Part shown: one piece after another, positions 25,100-38,169 of the stretch
Numbering within the stretch: position 1 is the stretch's first letter
How the letters are laid out: every line of letters begins with the position of its first letter
From: Chiloscyllium plagiosum
Lineage: Eukaryota
NCBI RefSeq assembly: GCF_004010195.1
Contig: NC_057758.1
Span: forward strand, 2,306,417-2,370,416
Direction: 5' to 3'
Length of the DNA: 64,000 nucleotides
The notes under the pieces: model-generated
The model's input: only the letters and a program-made list of their open reading frames with translations
What the model was told of the DNA's origin: nothing
Database searches by the model: none
Translations under genes and position numbers: made by a program

Positions 25100-26985
25100 G
25101 AGAATGTTTATCCTTTTGTTTTGCCCCGAACTTTAAGGGGTTATGATAAGTATGTACAATTGTCTCAGACACATTAACGGCAATATAAATGCTGAAATGT
25201 CAATTAGAATTATTCAACATGGTTTCGTGCGTGGAAAATCATAGAACATAGAACATAGAAGAATACAGCGCAGTACAGGCCCTTCGGCCCTCGATGTTGC
25301 GCCGATCCAAGCCCACCTGACCTACAGTAGCCCACTATCCTCCATATGCCTATCCAATGCTCACAATGTCTCACAAACTCGAATTGAGTTTTTTTTGAGA
25401 AAGTTTTCAAGGATATTAATGACGGCAGAGCAGTAGGCGATGTTTACTTGGATTTCTGTGAAGCCTTTGACAAAGTTCCACATTGTAGACGAATTCGTAA
25501 ACTTAGGTCGCCTCGGATTCTGGTAGAGTTTGTGAATTGGGCGCATTCGCTTACTGATAGGAGGCAGAGCTTGGTGGTAGAGTGTTGCTTTCCAAACTGG
25601 AGGCCTGTCACTAGGGATGTTCCACAGGGATCGATTCTGGGTTCTCTTTTCTTTGTCGTTTAGAAAAATGATTTATACAAGAATATAGAAGACGTTGTTA
25701 ATACGTTTACAGATGACACCAAAATTGGTAGTCTACTAGAGAGTGAAGAATATTTTCAAAGAGTACAGAGGGATCTTGATCGAATGGTTCCATGGGCTGA
25801 AAATTGGCAGATGGTGTTCAGTCTGGAGAAATGCTAAATTTTGGATTTTATACAATAAACTAAGGTAGTATTGTTAGAATCGATTTATTTGGTACAATTG
25901 CTGATAGGGGCTTGGAAAAAGTTGCAGAACAAAGAGAGCGAGGAGTTCAGGTACATATTTCTTTGAGGATCGCGTTACATATGAACAAATTAGTTAAAAG
26001 GCATTATTAAGTCAAATGAGTATCGGAGTTAGGAATTCATGTTGAGGTATTGCAAGACATTGGTGAAGCCTCTTCTTGAATATCGTATCTAGCTCTGTTA
26101 TCCAGTTATACCAAGGATATTATTGAGTTGGAGAGGTGTCAGAAGAGATTTATCAGGGTATTCCGGCTATAGAATGCTTGAGTTGCAAAAAACCGATTGA
26201 ATCGGCTGGGAACTTCTTTCCCAGGAATATTGGAGGTTGAGAGGCAGCCCGAGAGAAGTTTAATCAATAATAAAGTTGTAATTATGACGCTCCTTCTGCA
26301 ATGTTATTTCTTCCTTGTTTCTCTTTATTTTTTGAGGAGATCATAAAAGACACAGATTCTGCAAAGTCTGGGTTTGAATGATGAATTTTAGGGCCAATTT
26401 AATTGTAGCCAACAGATACTGATTCAGATAAAAGACTTTAAGCTTTCAAAAGAAACATTTTTGTGTAATGCAAAGGGTAGTGTCCGTTTCTCCCAGCTCA
26501 ACAATATTTCAATTTGATTTGATCTGGCTGTTCACTGACGCCAGTCAGGCAGTTGTGAAGTTGCTGGGCCCAAAGAAGCTGATCCATGCTGATCCTCCTC
26601 TCCCTCTCTCTCCCTGATCCTCCTCTCCTGTAAGCACTTATGTCTGAATTCAACTTTGTGCTATGGGGTATTTATGGGGATATTTGGAAGTAGTTGTAAG
26701 AACATCACGAAGGTTAGATAATCTTTCGGATCGTATAAGTTATTCACTATTCGGTTCTCCTTTTTTGTGTTTAATTCGGTAATCTTGTAAATAAAGTTTG
26801 TTTTGTTTCAAATAAGTAACTTGACCAGTTGCATTCCGACAGGAATGTTCACGTTACACCTGCTTGTAACAAATAGCAAAGTTAGGATCTGGACCATTTT
26901 CTTGAAATGTTGTGAGGGGGCCTGGCCTGGTCCATAACAAAGGTTACAGAGTTAATCATTGTTGCCCCGGAATGGCATATATCGA
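25100..26985 (+). mobile_element. Old CR1 RT region interrupted by a short CR1 tail (25237-25360, minus) and a solo LTR
   Basis: DFCEAFDKVPH...VPQGSILG (ORF 25448-25663) and FTDDTK ~25705. Confidence 0.8.
26277..26939 (+). mobile_element. Solo LTR
   Basis: TGTAATTATG...CATAACA termini, AATAAA at ~26790, flanks AAGT/AAGG; interrupts CR1 sequence. Confidence 0.6.
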
Positions 26986-26986
26986 A

Positions 26987-29490
26987 AATAGACAATAGAC
27001 AATAGACAATAGGTGCAGGAGTAGGCCATTCAACCCTTTGAGCCTGCACCGCCATTCAATATGATCATGGCTGATCATTCCTAATCAGTATCCTGTTCCT
27101 GCCTTATCTCCATAACCCTTGATTCCACTATCTTTGAGAGCTCTATGCAACTCTTTCTTAAATGAATCCAGAGACTGGGCCTCTACTACCCGCTGGGGCA
27201 TTCCACACAGTCACCACTCTCTGGGTGAAGAAGGTTCTCCTCATCTCTGTCCTAAATGGTCTACACCGTATTTTTAAGCTATGTCCTCTGGTTCGCCACT
27301 CACCCATCAGCGGAAACATGTTTCCTGCTGCCAGAGTGTCCAATCCTTTCATATTCTTATACGTCTCAGTCAGATCTCCTCTCTGTCTTCTAAACTCAAG
27401 TGTGTACAAGCCCAGTCGCTTCAGTCTTTCAGTGTAAGGTAATGCCGCCATTCCAGGAATTAACGTCGTGAACCTACGCTGTACTCCCTCAATAGCCAGA
27501 ATGTCTTTTCTCAAATTTGGAGACCAGAACTGCACACAGTACTCCACGTGTGGTCTCAACAGGGCCCTGTACAGCTGCAGAAGCACCTCTTTGCTTCTGT
27601 ACTCAATTCCTCTTGTTACAAAGGCCAGCATGCTATTACCCTTCTTCACTACCTGCTGTACCTGCATGCTTGCCTTCATTGACTGGTGTACAAGAACACC
27701 CAGATCTCTCTGTACTGCCCCTTTACCTAAATTGATTCCATTGAGGTAGTAATCTGCCTTCCTGTTCTTGCCACCAAAGTGGATAATCATACATTTATTC
27801 ACATTAAACTGCCATGCATCTGCCCACTCACCTAACTTGTCCATGTCACCCTGTAATCTCCTAACACCCTCATCACATTTCACCCTGCCACCCAGCTTTG
27901 TATCATCAGCAAATTTGCTAATGTTATTGCTGATACCATCTTCTATATCATTAACATATATTGTAAAAAGGTGCGGTTCCAGCATGGATCCCTGCAGTAC
28001 CCCACTGGTCACTGCCTGCCATTCCGAAATGGAGCCATTTATCAGTACACTTTGTTCCCTTTCAGCCAACCAATTTTCAATCCAATCTACTACTTTGCCC
28101 CCAATACCATGCGCCCTAATTTTACTCACTAACCTCCTATGTGGGACTTTATCAAAAGCTTTCTGAAAGTCCAGGTACACTACATCTACTGGATCTCCCT
28201 CGTCCAACGTCAGAGTTATATCCTCAAACAATTCAAGAATATTAGTCAAGCATGATTTCCTCTTCAAAAATCCACGCTGACTCTGTCCTATCCTGTTACT
28301 ACTATCCAGATGTGCCGTAATTCCATCCTTTATTATAGACTCCAGCATCTTTCCCAGCACTGAGGTCAGACTAATTGGTCTAAATTTCCTGCTTTCTGTC
28401 TCCCACCTTTCTTAAAATGTCGTATAACATTAGCCACCCTCCAATCCTCAGGAACCGACCCCGAATCTATCGAACTCTGGAAAATAATCACCAACGCAAC
28501 CACGATTTCCCGAGCCACCTCCTTCAGTCCTCTGGGATGCAGACCATCAGGCCCCAGAGACTTATCAACCTTCAGACCTAACAGTCTCTCCAACACCAAA
28601 TCCTGGCAAATATAAATTCCCTTAAGTTCAGGTCCTTCAGCCACTGTTACCTCAGGGAGATTGCTTGTGTCTTCCCAAGTGAACACAGATCTGAAGTACC
28701 CATTTAATTCCTCCCCCTGCCTCCTCCTGGGGTCTTTCTTCCTTTTAGGAATGAACTGATCCTAAATATCCGCAGAAATATCCGCCATTGTTCCTCCACG
28801 GTCTTCCCTGTTAAAGTATTGCACCATTGAACTTTGGCCAGCTCCTCCCTCATAGCTCCATAATTCCCTTTATTCAACAGAAGTACTGTCACTTCCGACT
28901 GTACCCTCTCCCTCTCAAATTGCAGATTGAAGCTTATTGTATTATGGTCACTACTTCCCAATGGCTCCTTCACTTTGAGGTCTCTGACCAATTCTGGTTC
29001 GTTACACAATACCAGATCCAGAATTGCCTTCTCCCTGGTCGGCTCCAGCACCAGCTGCTTTAAGAATCCATCTCTGAGGCACTCCACAAAGTCTCTTTCT
29101 TGTGGCCCATACCATCCTGATTCTCCCAGTCTACCTGCATGTTAAAATCCCCCATAACAACTGTAGTGACATCTTTGCAACAGGCCAATTTCAGCTCCTG
29201 ATTTAACTTGCATCCGACATTCAGACTACTGTTTGGGGGCCTGTAGATGACTCCCAAGAGGGTCTTTTTACCCTTAGTATTTCGAAGCTCTATCCACACT
29301 GACTCTACATCTCCTGACTCTAGGTCCCCCCGCGCAAGGGACTAAATATCGTCCCTTACCAACAAGGCCACCCCACCCCCTCTGCCCGTCAGTCTGTCCT
29401 TATGATAACACGTGTAGCCTTGAATATTAATTTCCCAGGCCCTGTCCACTTGAAACCACGTCTCAGTTATCCCCACAATATCGTATCTGC
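26987..29490 (-). mobile_element. Young CR1 LINE ORF2 (APE and RT), 5'-truncated, internally deleted near 28703, frameshifted
   Basis: 400-aa ORF 27158-28360 has YLDFQKAFDKVPH, SGVLQGS and FADDTK; APE motifs YRPP, GDFN and SDH at 28950-29480; (TAGACAA)n tail at 26988-27012. Confidence 0.95.
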
Positions 29491-29599
29491 CAAAGATTGA
29501 GAACATTTTTAAGCTGAGAGTAGAGAGATTTAAAAATCTGTATGATGGCCTGCATTTTCTCTTCAACAGAGACCAATTTGCGTGTGGAATGTTGTTGAG

Positions 29600-29815
29600 C
29601 AGCCATAATCATACCAGACCATAAGGGTCTTATCAGAAAGAAGCAACTAATGGTGATTTTAACCTTAACATCACCAGAGCTCAGGCGAAGGAAAAGGTTA
29701 GAAGCAAAGACCTTCATGGGCACTTCAAACCTGTGATGGGTATTGAGCCCACGCTGTTGGTACCATACTGCTCTGCAAATCAAGGATCCAGCCAACTGAG
29801 CAAAACCAACTCCTG
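29600..29815 (-). mobile_element. tRNA-derived SINE
   Basis: Minus-strand A box TTGCTCAGTTGG and B box GGCTCAATACC, followed by a non-tRNA body. Confidence 0.55.
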
Positions 29816-30039
29816 CAGGTGTTGCAACATCTAGAGGAAGCAATCGATGTGGGAATGAAAACAACTGAAAAGACATCCGGTTAGGTACGTGAATACAAAA
29901 GATTTGGAGGGATATTGTCCAGGAGCAGGCATGTGGGGCGAGTTTAATTTTGGATAATGTCTAATATGACAGGTTGGGCCCAGAGGTCTGTTTTCGTACT
30001 GTATGACTCAATGACTCTAAGACCGCATTCCTAAGAGTG

Positions 30040-30480
30040 TAACATTCGGCACTGCACTCAGATTCTTCTTTGATGTATGATTTTTGATCCAACTGCTTCA
30101 AATTGCTTATCTTTATTCTTCGATTTCTCCTCCTGCTCCAGCATGTGCCTTTGTGAGCATATTGTCACACAGTCATGAAAATCACAAGATTTACTTGAAT
30201 TTCCATTATTTTTTCAACCTGAGTGAGCACCTCTCCCACTTGTGATCCAGTTATATTGTTACAAAGTATAACCCGTAATTTTGGTATTGAGAATTTCTCT
30301 GTTACTCCTGCCACGATCTCTCCACATTTCACCAGACTCTCCAACCACACTTTACAACTATGGCCTCACGAACTGCATATTCTAGTGGTTGTGCATAGGT
30401 TTCTCAGCACGTCTGCCTGAAAACTTGTTAACAAACAATAACACAGGATAAAATGCATCCATTAAAACCATCGTATCATC
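30040..30480 (-). mobile_element. Gmr1-like Gypsy protease-region fragment
   Basis: WLESLVKCGEIVAGV...VILCNNITGSQVG (ORF 30165-30350) resembles KLESPVKTGKMMVGV...LGNDIAG at 3690-3890. Confidence 0.6.
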
Positions 30481-30559
30481 GCAGGCACCTCTCTATGAGA
30501 AACTATTGCCTCACCTCAGTTCTACCACGTCTCCTGTACTGTATCCCCTTGTTCTATAA

Positions 30560-31260
30560 CCCCTTAACTCGGAATCATCCTCACTGTAACTACTCCGTTT
30601 AAATATGATAGAATTTTGAAAATTTAGTCAGATTCTTTCTTATGCTTCTCAACACACGAGAATACTTAGTTGACCAAACATCCCCTTATGGGATAGATCT
30701 GTCATTGCCAAAATCAGTCCCATGAACCTCTCAACAGAAGTGAATACACAGTTGACCAAACCTTTTCTCATGGGATAGACCTGCCATTCCCAATATCAGC
30801 CTCATAAACCACCGCTGCAATCCCTCAATGTCATGGATATCCTCTCTTCCTTACCTTAGGGAGGCCAACGTTGTATGCACTACTACAGACCTGATCGCTA
30901 AAGGCTCTGCAAAACTGCTGTAAGGTATCCCTACTTGTTAACTCCAATCCTCTTGCAATGAAGACCCATGCATTATTTATCTTCTCATTGCTTGCTGCCC
31001 CACATATCTATTTCCAGTGACTGTTGTAGGAGGGCACCCAGATCGATCAGAGCATCCACATATTGCAATTTATCGTCATTTCTACAATGGTCCTCCTTTC
31101 TATTTTTCACACCGAGCCATAAAACTTCACATATAGCCACTTTGGACTGCAGCTACCATGTGTTTCCCGACTCACTCAACTTGTTGAGAAAACTTCGACC
31201 CCTCCTTGCCACATCCCCACACTGCAACACAGTTCTGTGCTTTCAGAAACTTGGAAAATT
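30560..31260 (-). mobile_element. Old CR1 RT 3' fragment
   Basis: Degenerate minus-strand CR1 C-terminal sequence. Confidence 0.55.
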
Positions 31261-33566
31261 TGTGAATCGTTCTATCATCAGGTCATCTCTACAAACTGAG
31301 AATACCTGGTGTACAAGTGGTGTTTATGGCAAAGGGATGCCTCACTGGTAGAAGCTTTCATTTAAAAAAAAACCTGACAGATGGTCCTGTTAATGGAGGA
31401 CACGAAGGTTCATGAAATTACAATGCTTAAGCTGCCGAGGCTTTTGTTGAAATGCAAAAAGTGAAATGAAGACAATGAGCTGAATCACCTCTTTTGGAAC
31501 CTGAATGGAAAATACTCTAAATTTCTTGCTATCACGTCATCTTATCCATTTGAGTTTATTTACAAAAGAGTTTAACTGAACAGCCATAATAATATTATAG
31601 GGATGAGCCGGCTGCAAAATCTGTGTGGGCTCCTCGTGCTCTGAGTTTCTTTGCTTCATGTCCGAGGCTAAAGGAATCAAAGAGAGAAAGCAGGAGCAGG
31701 AACTGATTTATCTGACCATGTTGTGATTACATTGAACAGCAGGTCAGTTTCGAAGGTGAAATAAACAGCGACTACTCCTCTTCTATATGGAACTGGAGAA
31801 GTTGTGACAGGTAGCCACTCGTCAAGGGAGGAGAAGAGTAGATGTGACAGTAGCAGTCAAGATGAGGGGCGTCAACAGGATCGGTAGTCGTGAGGTTATT
31901 TCCAAAAGTTAGGATATGCAATCTCCTTATGACTTCGGTCACTCAGAAAACAACCAGAGATTTCCTCTGGAAGAAAAACATTTGTAGCTATGTGGGGAAA
32001 CGTCAGTGTCGTGGGGAAAGGGAGAAAATCGATGCAATAAAAATGTTTTTTTTTGAGAGGCCGAATAGTCTTTCTTTAGTGCTGCATGATTCTGGAAAAC
32101 TTGCATTGTCATTGGCAAAGGAGCGAGAATGTTATGGAATGTGAAATGTGGTTGGGGAGGAAATTCCAAATTGATCGACGTTCTTCTTTTAGTAAATGAC
32201 CTTCAGGCCATTAACCTTCAAAATGCTGATCCTACTCTGGCATTCCAATGATGGCCAGCCTGACAGTTCTTAAATTCATGATGCCTAATGGCATTATAAA
32301 TGGCTGCCCTGCTTGTTTGGTTGACTGTGATTGGCAACAGGCTGCACTGCAAATCAGTATCATTTCCATGGAGTTGAAAGCATTGCTTACTCAGCTGAAA
32401 AATTCGGATTTTTCTACTCAGATCTCCTCCATGAACAATCACACACCACTACGAATCTTCATCACTTTAATTATGCAAGCATCCAAGAAGCATGGAGATG
32501 AGGAACAGGTGTAGACCATTTGGCTGTTTAAGCGTTGTAACAATAGTAATTATTTCTGCAGTTTTTGCGATTGTTATCCAAGTACTGAATTCTGGAGAGA
32601 CTTCCAGGTACATGGTTTTAACAATTTGGACAGTTTATTTGTGGAACAAGTAAATTTTCCTCTCAGGTTGAGGATCATAATGGAAAATAAAGACTTTTGC
32701 TTTTGTTTTAGGGGAAACAGCTGTCACCTGAGAAACACACATTTCCTGCTTGATTAGTCAGTCTTGCAGATGACTTGGCGGTTGGTGTATCTCGACCCAT
32801 AGAGTCATCACCACGTAAGCAGATCCTTCCGTCCAACTAGTACATGTCAAACATAATCCCACATTAAACCAGCCCCACCTGCCTAATCCTTGCCCTCCAA
32901 ACCTTTGGTATTCTTTGATCCATCCAAATGTCGTTTTAGTTGTGATTGCACGCAAATCGTCCACGTGAGAAATAACCTCGGCATTAAAAAAAGACTCTTG
33001 CCTTTTTAAAAATCTTTCTCCTCTCTTCTTAAAAAATGTGCCCACTAGTATTGAAATACCCCAACCGAGACACAAGACAACTATCATTAATGCCAACAGT
33101 TTAGGGCCGGGAGGAAGCGATTCAGTTTTGAAGTTCCAGACCAGGACGCATTGCTTAAATCTGGAAGTGCTTGTGTGAAATCGATTAACTTTAAGCTCCA
33201 ATGTTGAAGTCTTCTTAAACATTTGCCATCTATAAGAGCATGTTTGAAAATTTGTGACCAATGCAGCACTATTTTCACAATTCTATTGCTCATTCGAAGT
33301 ACTCTGACAGACTTGAAATATATTCACATGTTTTCTGTTAGACTTTTGGTTAGAAACGTGTTAATTGAACTTGTTTGTTCAAAGATTGCGATTAATGTCA
33401 GTATCTATGAATCCTAACTGTGACATTGGAAGCTGCTCACCTTTTTACAAGAAGTCCCTGCTCTTGACGGGATTATAACACCGTGTGACTGGGAAGCGCA
33501 ACTCTGATGCTATTAGCGACCAGCTATTCCAGACAGAAGGGATTCAGAGATAAGAATCTGAGAACA

Positions 33567-33726
33567 ATGGAACGGAATGCTTCTGCCATGGATAGGGATT
33601 TCACGTATGGTCTTCACTGGCTCTTTGCGGATCGACCTTGGATAACAGTAGCCCATCGAGTTTCATACGCACTTCAGGTTATACAGGGCGGCTATTTCCC
33701 CATGCTTGCGATTTTTGGCATCCCTG
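33567..33726 (+). CDS. GPR139/GPR142-like GPCR, first coding exon (N-terminus to mid-TM1), copy A
   Basis: MERNASAMDRDFTYGLHWLFADRPWITVAHRVSYALQVIQGGYFPMLAIFGIP followed by G|GTAAGT, a consensus phase-1 donor. ATG contexts acaATGG (33567) and gccATGG (33588), N-glycan sequon NAS. The Y(Y/F)P.LA..G(V/I)P end is typical of this family's exon 1. Confidence 0.8.
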
Positions 33727-36021
33727 GTAAGTATCCATAAGCCATGTATAACCTATGTTACAGTTTTTCTTGTAAATATTTATGTATCTGTAGTCATCGT
33801 TATTATAAAACAGATATTTGCACTCCACTGTGAACTAAAACCGAAACACTCAAAGAGGAGCACCTCACCATACGATCTGGAAAAGGAGCATAAAAAGTGC
33901 TTTAGCCTGCTTTTCAGTAACTTCCCGCATTGGAATAAAATTCCTCCTTGACACTTTAAAAATAACAAGTAGTAATTCGCTATTCTGAATCTAACAGTGA
34001 ACAGTTACTAAGACATTAACAAGTAGAATAAATCCCTTCAACTAAATACTGTCCCCAAATAAAACAATATTGTGATGGTATGCTGTTCCACATCACCCCC
34101 GTTCATAAGTATAAAATGAACAACATTTATTCTGTTGAAATTACAGCCAGTATACAAGTCTTCCGGGATGTTCTGTGCTTTCTACGCGTTTCTTCTGTCA
34201 GGAATACCTTCTCAATCATTTGTTGCTCAGATGGTCTTTTCTTGAAGAGAAAGATGAGGCCGTGAGAGCCAACGATTGACACTGGACAGCTGAAGGCCGT
34301 TTACTCTGTCGGATGGCAGCTAGCTCTGAGGTCTTTTTACAACTGTCACCTTCTTTTTTACCCTTGATGACATGTCAATATTTCTTCCAGATGTTGTCAA
34401 AACTATCAGAGTTAAATTTAATAGGTTTTTGGTATCAAAGTGCCTTGAGTAAATTGATTGGCTAAATTCTTCGTAAAAACTTCTGCTTGGCCTGCTAATT
34501 GCACGGTCTTTCGATTCAAATGTCTCAGCTTGGGTTATTTGTGTACTTACAGACTTTCACCTGGTGATCACAGGAATCCATTTTCAATCTCTTAGCACCG
34601 ACAAAACACCATCTCTCAAATAGATCACGCCATGTTTGCCCCCTTCCCTCCAACCCCCCCCCACCAGCATTTGACAACTACAATTTTACAAACACCAAGC
34701 GCTAACTTCCTGCTTCCCAATCTGCAATTGCTCTACCAACTTCGCAACAACTCGCACTTGGAAAGGAACGAACCAACATTATGAAAAGATGGCTTCGTTT
34801 AATTTTTCAACTGTAATTCCATTATATTACTAGATCCAAAGCTCAAACCTAGACCTAACTTGCATGTTTTGTTCACATTATATTTTTTTATAATATTTAA
34901 CACTACCGTTTCTATCCTATATAACCATTTTTCTTTTCGTTTCAGGATAAACCATCCGTGATCATTTTTTTCACGACGGACAATATGTACAATCTGTCGG
35001 GTAAATGCTTGTAACCTGACATTACAACGAAATAATCTGATGTACTTATCGTAAATCTTTGCAGAAATATTAAAGGATTGTGATCAGTATACATAATCAT
35101 CTCTAATACTTTGTTTGCCACGTAAACATTAAAATGTTGCAAGGCCATTACCAGCCTCAATAAGTATTTGTCAATGGCTGAATATATTTCTTACCATTGA
35201 ATACTGCACAATGCAAGGCTGAATTTTTCACAGCAATCTCAATCCAGAAATGCCGAATGGACTATCCATCTTGGCCTCCTCCAGCGGTTCCCAATCTTTC
35301 TGATACCAGATTTCAGGCAATTCAATTAACTCCCCGTGATTTCAAGAAGGTACTGGGTGCTGCAAAGTCTAAGGGCCCTGACAACATTCCGGTAATAATC
35401 CTGAATACTCGTGCTCCAGAATTTGTCTCGCCCCATAGCCAGACTGTTCTAGTAAGGTTACAACACTGGCATCTATTTGACAATGTGGAAAATTGCCCAA
35501 GTCACGTTCTGGACATAAGAAGAGGGCAAAGCCAACTCGGCCTATTACCACCCCCATCGGTGTACTGTCGATCATCAGTCCAGTGATGGGAGGAGACAGC
35601 AACAGTGCCATCAAACAGCACGTACTCACCAACAGCACGTTCAGTGATGCCCAGTTTGGGTTCTGCCAAGGCCACTGAACGCCTTACCTCGTTACAGCCT
35701 TGGTTCAAGCATGGACAAAAGATCAGAATTCCAGAAGTGACGTGAGAGTGACTTAATATCAAGGCTGCATTCGAATGAATGCGGCATTAAGGATTACTCT
35801 AAAAACAGGAATCAACGTGTTACAGGGGATCAAATCTCCCGTGGTTAGAGTTTTGCCTGTCACATAGCACGGCAGGCATGGTTGTTGGAGTTAGGTCATC
35901 TTAGCTTCAGGACGTCCCTGCAGACGTTCCTCAGGGTACAGTCCCCGGGCCAGCCATCTTCAGCTGCTTTGCCAATTACCCAAGATCTGAAGTCGGAATG
36001 CTCGCCAGTGATTGCACGTTG

Positions 36022-36176
36022 AGGAGAAAGTGAGGTCTGCAAATGCTGGAGATCAGAGATGGAAATGTGTTGCTGGAAAAGCGCAGCAGGTCAGGCAGCA
36101 TCTAGGGAACAGGAGAATCGACGTTTCGGGCATTCCTGAAGAAGGGCTAATGCCCGAAACGTCGATTCTCCTGTCC
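36022..36176. mobile_element. Penelope-derived short insertion with a terminal inverted hammerhead-type palindrome
   Basis: Flanked by a perfect 17-bp direct repeat CCAGTGATTGCACGTTG (36005-36021 and 36177-36193); inverted arms GGAGAATCGACGTTTCGGGCAT / ATGCCCGAAACGTCGATTCTCC. Confidence 0.85.
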
Positions 36177-36411
36177 CCAGTGATTGCACGTTGTTCAGCA
36201 ACATTCGTGAATCCTCAGATACTGAAGAAATCCATGTAAAATGCAACAATTCTCGACCATATCCAGACTTGGGCTGAAGAGTGGCAAGTAACATGCGTGC
36301 CACAAAAATGCCAAGCTATGACCATCAACTATAAGCGATGGTCTGAACACTGGCCTTTGACATTCAATGGTGTTACCACGTCTGAAGCCCTATCAACATT
36401 CTGGGAGTTAT

Positions 36412-37178
36412 TGTTACGACATTATGGGGAATCCTTCTGCCAATTAAACCAAGCACGCAGAAAAGCTCACCTCACCTCGAGCTCAGTTAAATTATGAGTG
36501 ACAGAGAACTCTATAATTCCACTGCTTAAAGGAAATAATACCATTTTTTTTAGCTCTAAATGTGAACATTAAATAATAACTATTCACAGCTCCAACCCAC
36601 CCGCCTTCTCTTAACTGCTTATTATCTTCCTCCAACTCCAAAACAATATGCTGTTCCAATAAGACACACAGTAAAATTGCAGCAACTTAATCTCAAAACC
36701 ACACAACCGCTGTCGTCTTTAGTGTTTGCCTTCTTCTCGCTGAAGGTCTCCCTGGGTCGTCTGCTTTCTTTTAACTGTGAATACGTTTCAAATGAAAATA
36801 TGCCTTTGATAGAGAGTGTTTCCTAATGTCTTGGGTTTCTCTCGATTGTAGTTTCTCTCTCTCCAATAATCAAAATGCCTCCACCTTTATATCCAGAACA
36901 CGGCATAGTCTCACTGGTTCGATGTTGGCAAAACAATCAACACAAACTCGGTTAGGTTTTCGGATTCTGGGGCATAATTTAAACGGATTGGTTAAATTCG
37001 AATAGTTGCCAAATAAACAACTAAAACTCAGTTATCACCGTCAAATACAAATATTACATATTTCAAATTTTCCAGTACACTCTGGGACTGCCAACTAGTC
37101 ATATGTACTGCTACTCCCAGTTCAGAGTAGCATTCATTCTCTCTGAAAGGCACAGTACACACTTCCAACTTCATAACA
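36412..37178. mobile_element. Solo LTR (767 bp) inserted in the LINE
   Basis: Inverted termini TGTTACGA...TCATAACA and flanks TTAT/TAAT; removing it restores the LINE reading ...CTGGGAGTTAT|CATTGACCAG. Confidence 0.8.
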
Positions 37179-38169
37179 TAATCATTGACCAGAGACTCAT
37201 CTGGACTCACCACATAAGCACAGTTGTAAGAGCAGGCTGGAGGCTGGATGACCGTGGCGACTAGCTTACCTCCTGACTCCTGAAAGCCTGCCCACTATCT
37301 CCAAAGCAGAAGTGAGGAGTGCGATGGAATACTCCACAATTGTCTGGATGACCGCAGCTCTAACAACATGGAAGAAGCTTGACATCATCCTGGACAAAGC
37401 TGCCCCTTTGATTGGCACTGAGTTGACAACCATCCACTCCCTCAACAACTGGCACTAAGTAACAGCAGTGTGTACTATCTACAGGATGCACTGCAGAGAT
37501 TCACCAAAACTCTTGAGACAACTCCTTCCAAACCCACGACCGCTTGCATCTCGAAGGGCAAATACAGCAGGCATTTGGGAACACCGCCATCACGTTCAAG
37601 TTCCCCTCCAAGTCGCTCACTATCCTGAAGTGGAATTGTATCGGTGTTCCGTTACTGTTGCTCGATTAAAATCCTGGAATTCCTTCCTCAGTGGCATTCT
37701 GGTCAACCTACAGCAAGTGAACTGCAACAGTTCAAGAAGGCAGCTCACCATCATCTTCTCAAGGGCAAGTATTCACGGGCAAAAAATGCTGGTTTGTCAG
37801 CGACTGTCACATCCCAGTGAATGAATAAGTACATTATCGAGTCTATTATTGGTAAATAAACTATAGACCTTTCAATTCCTCCTCGTGTAATCGTCATCCT
37901 GGAGCAATACAGCTCCAAAAACTGCATTGCTTGCGTCAGTGGCGACTTTGTAGATGTTCAAAACATTTGGCATGGCTAAAACTGGTGCGTTGATTAAAAC
38001 GGCTTTTAAAATCTCAGATGTCTCCTGGCCTTGTTCTGTCTACTGAAATTTTGTGCTTTTTTTATGGGTGATGCGCAATATCTCTGCAAAATGAACCTCA
38101 ACTCATTCATCTTTCTTTCTGGTTTTCCCTTCGTTTTGGACTTATTGGTTGTGGCACGTTGTCACAAGA

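Larger units (their letters stand above)
35195..37830 (+). mobile_element. CR1-group (Zenon/Crack-like) LINE ORF2 RT to 3' tail, decayed
   Basis: KSKGPDNIP, QFGFCQGH, IKAAF, VPQGTV and EYSTIVWMTAA...KKLDIILDKAA; tail ending GAATGAATAA at ~37820. Confidence 0.8.

Noticed and set aside
27158..28360. 400-aa reverse transcriptase ORF as a possible host gene or prokaryote-type RT system
   Set aside because: It is an ordinary CR1 ORF2 fragment with frameshifts upstream and a microsatellite tail.
31603..31670. Signal-peptide-like MSRLQNLCGLLVL*VSLLHV
   Set aside because: It has an in-frame stop, no good donor and no downstream exon that I could recognise.
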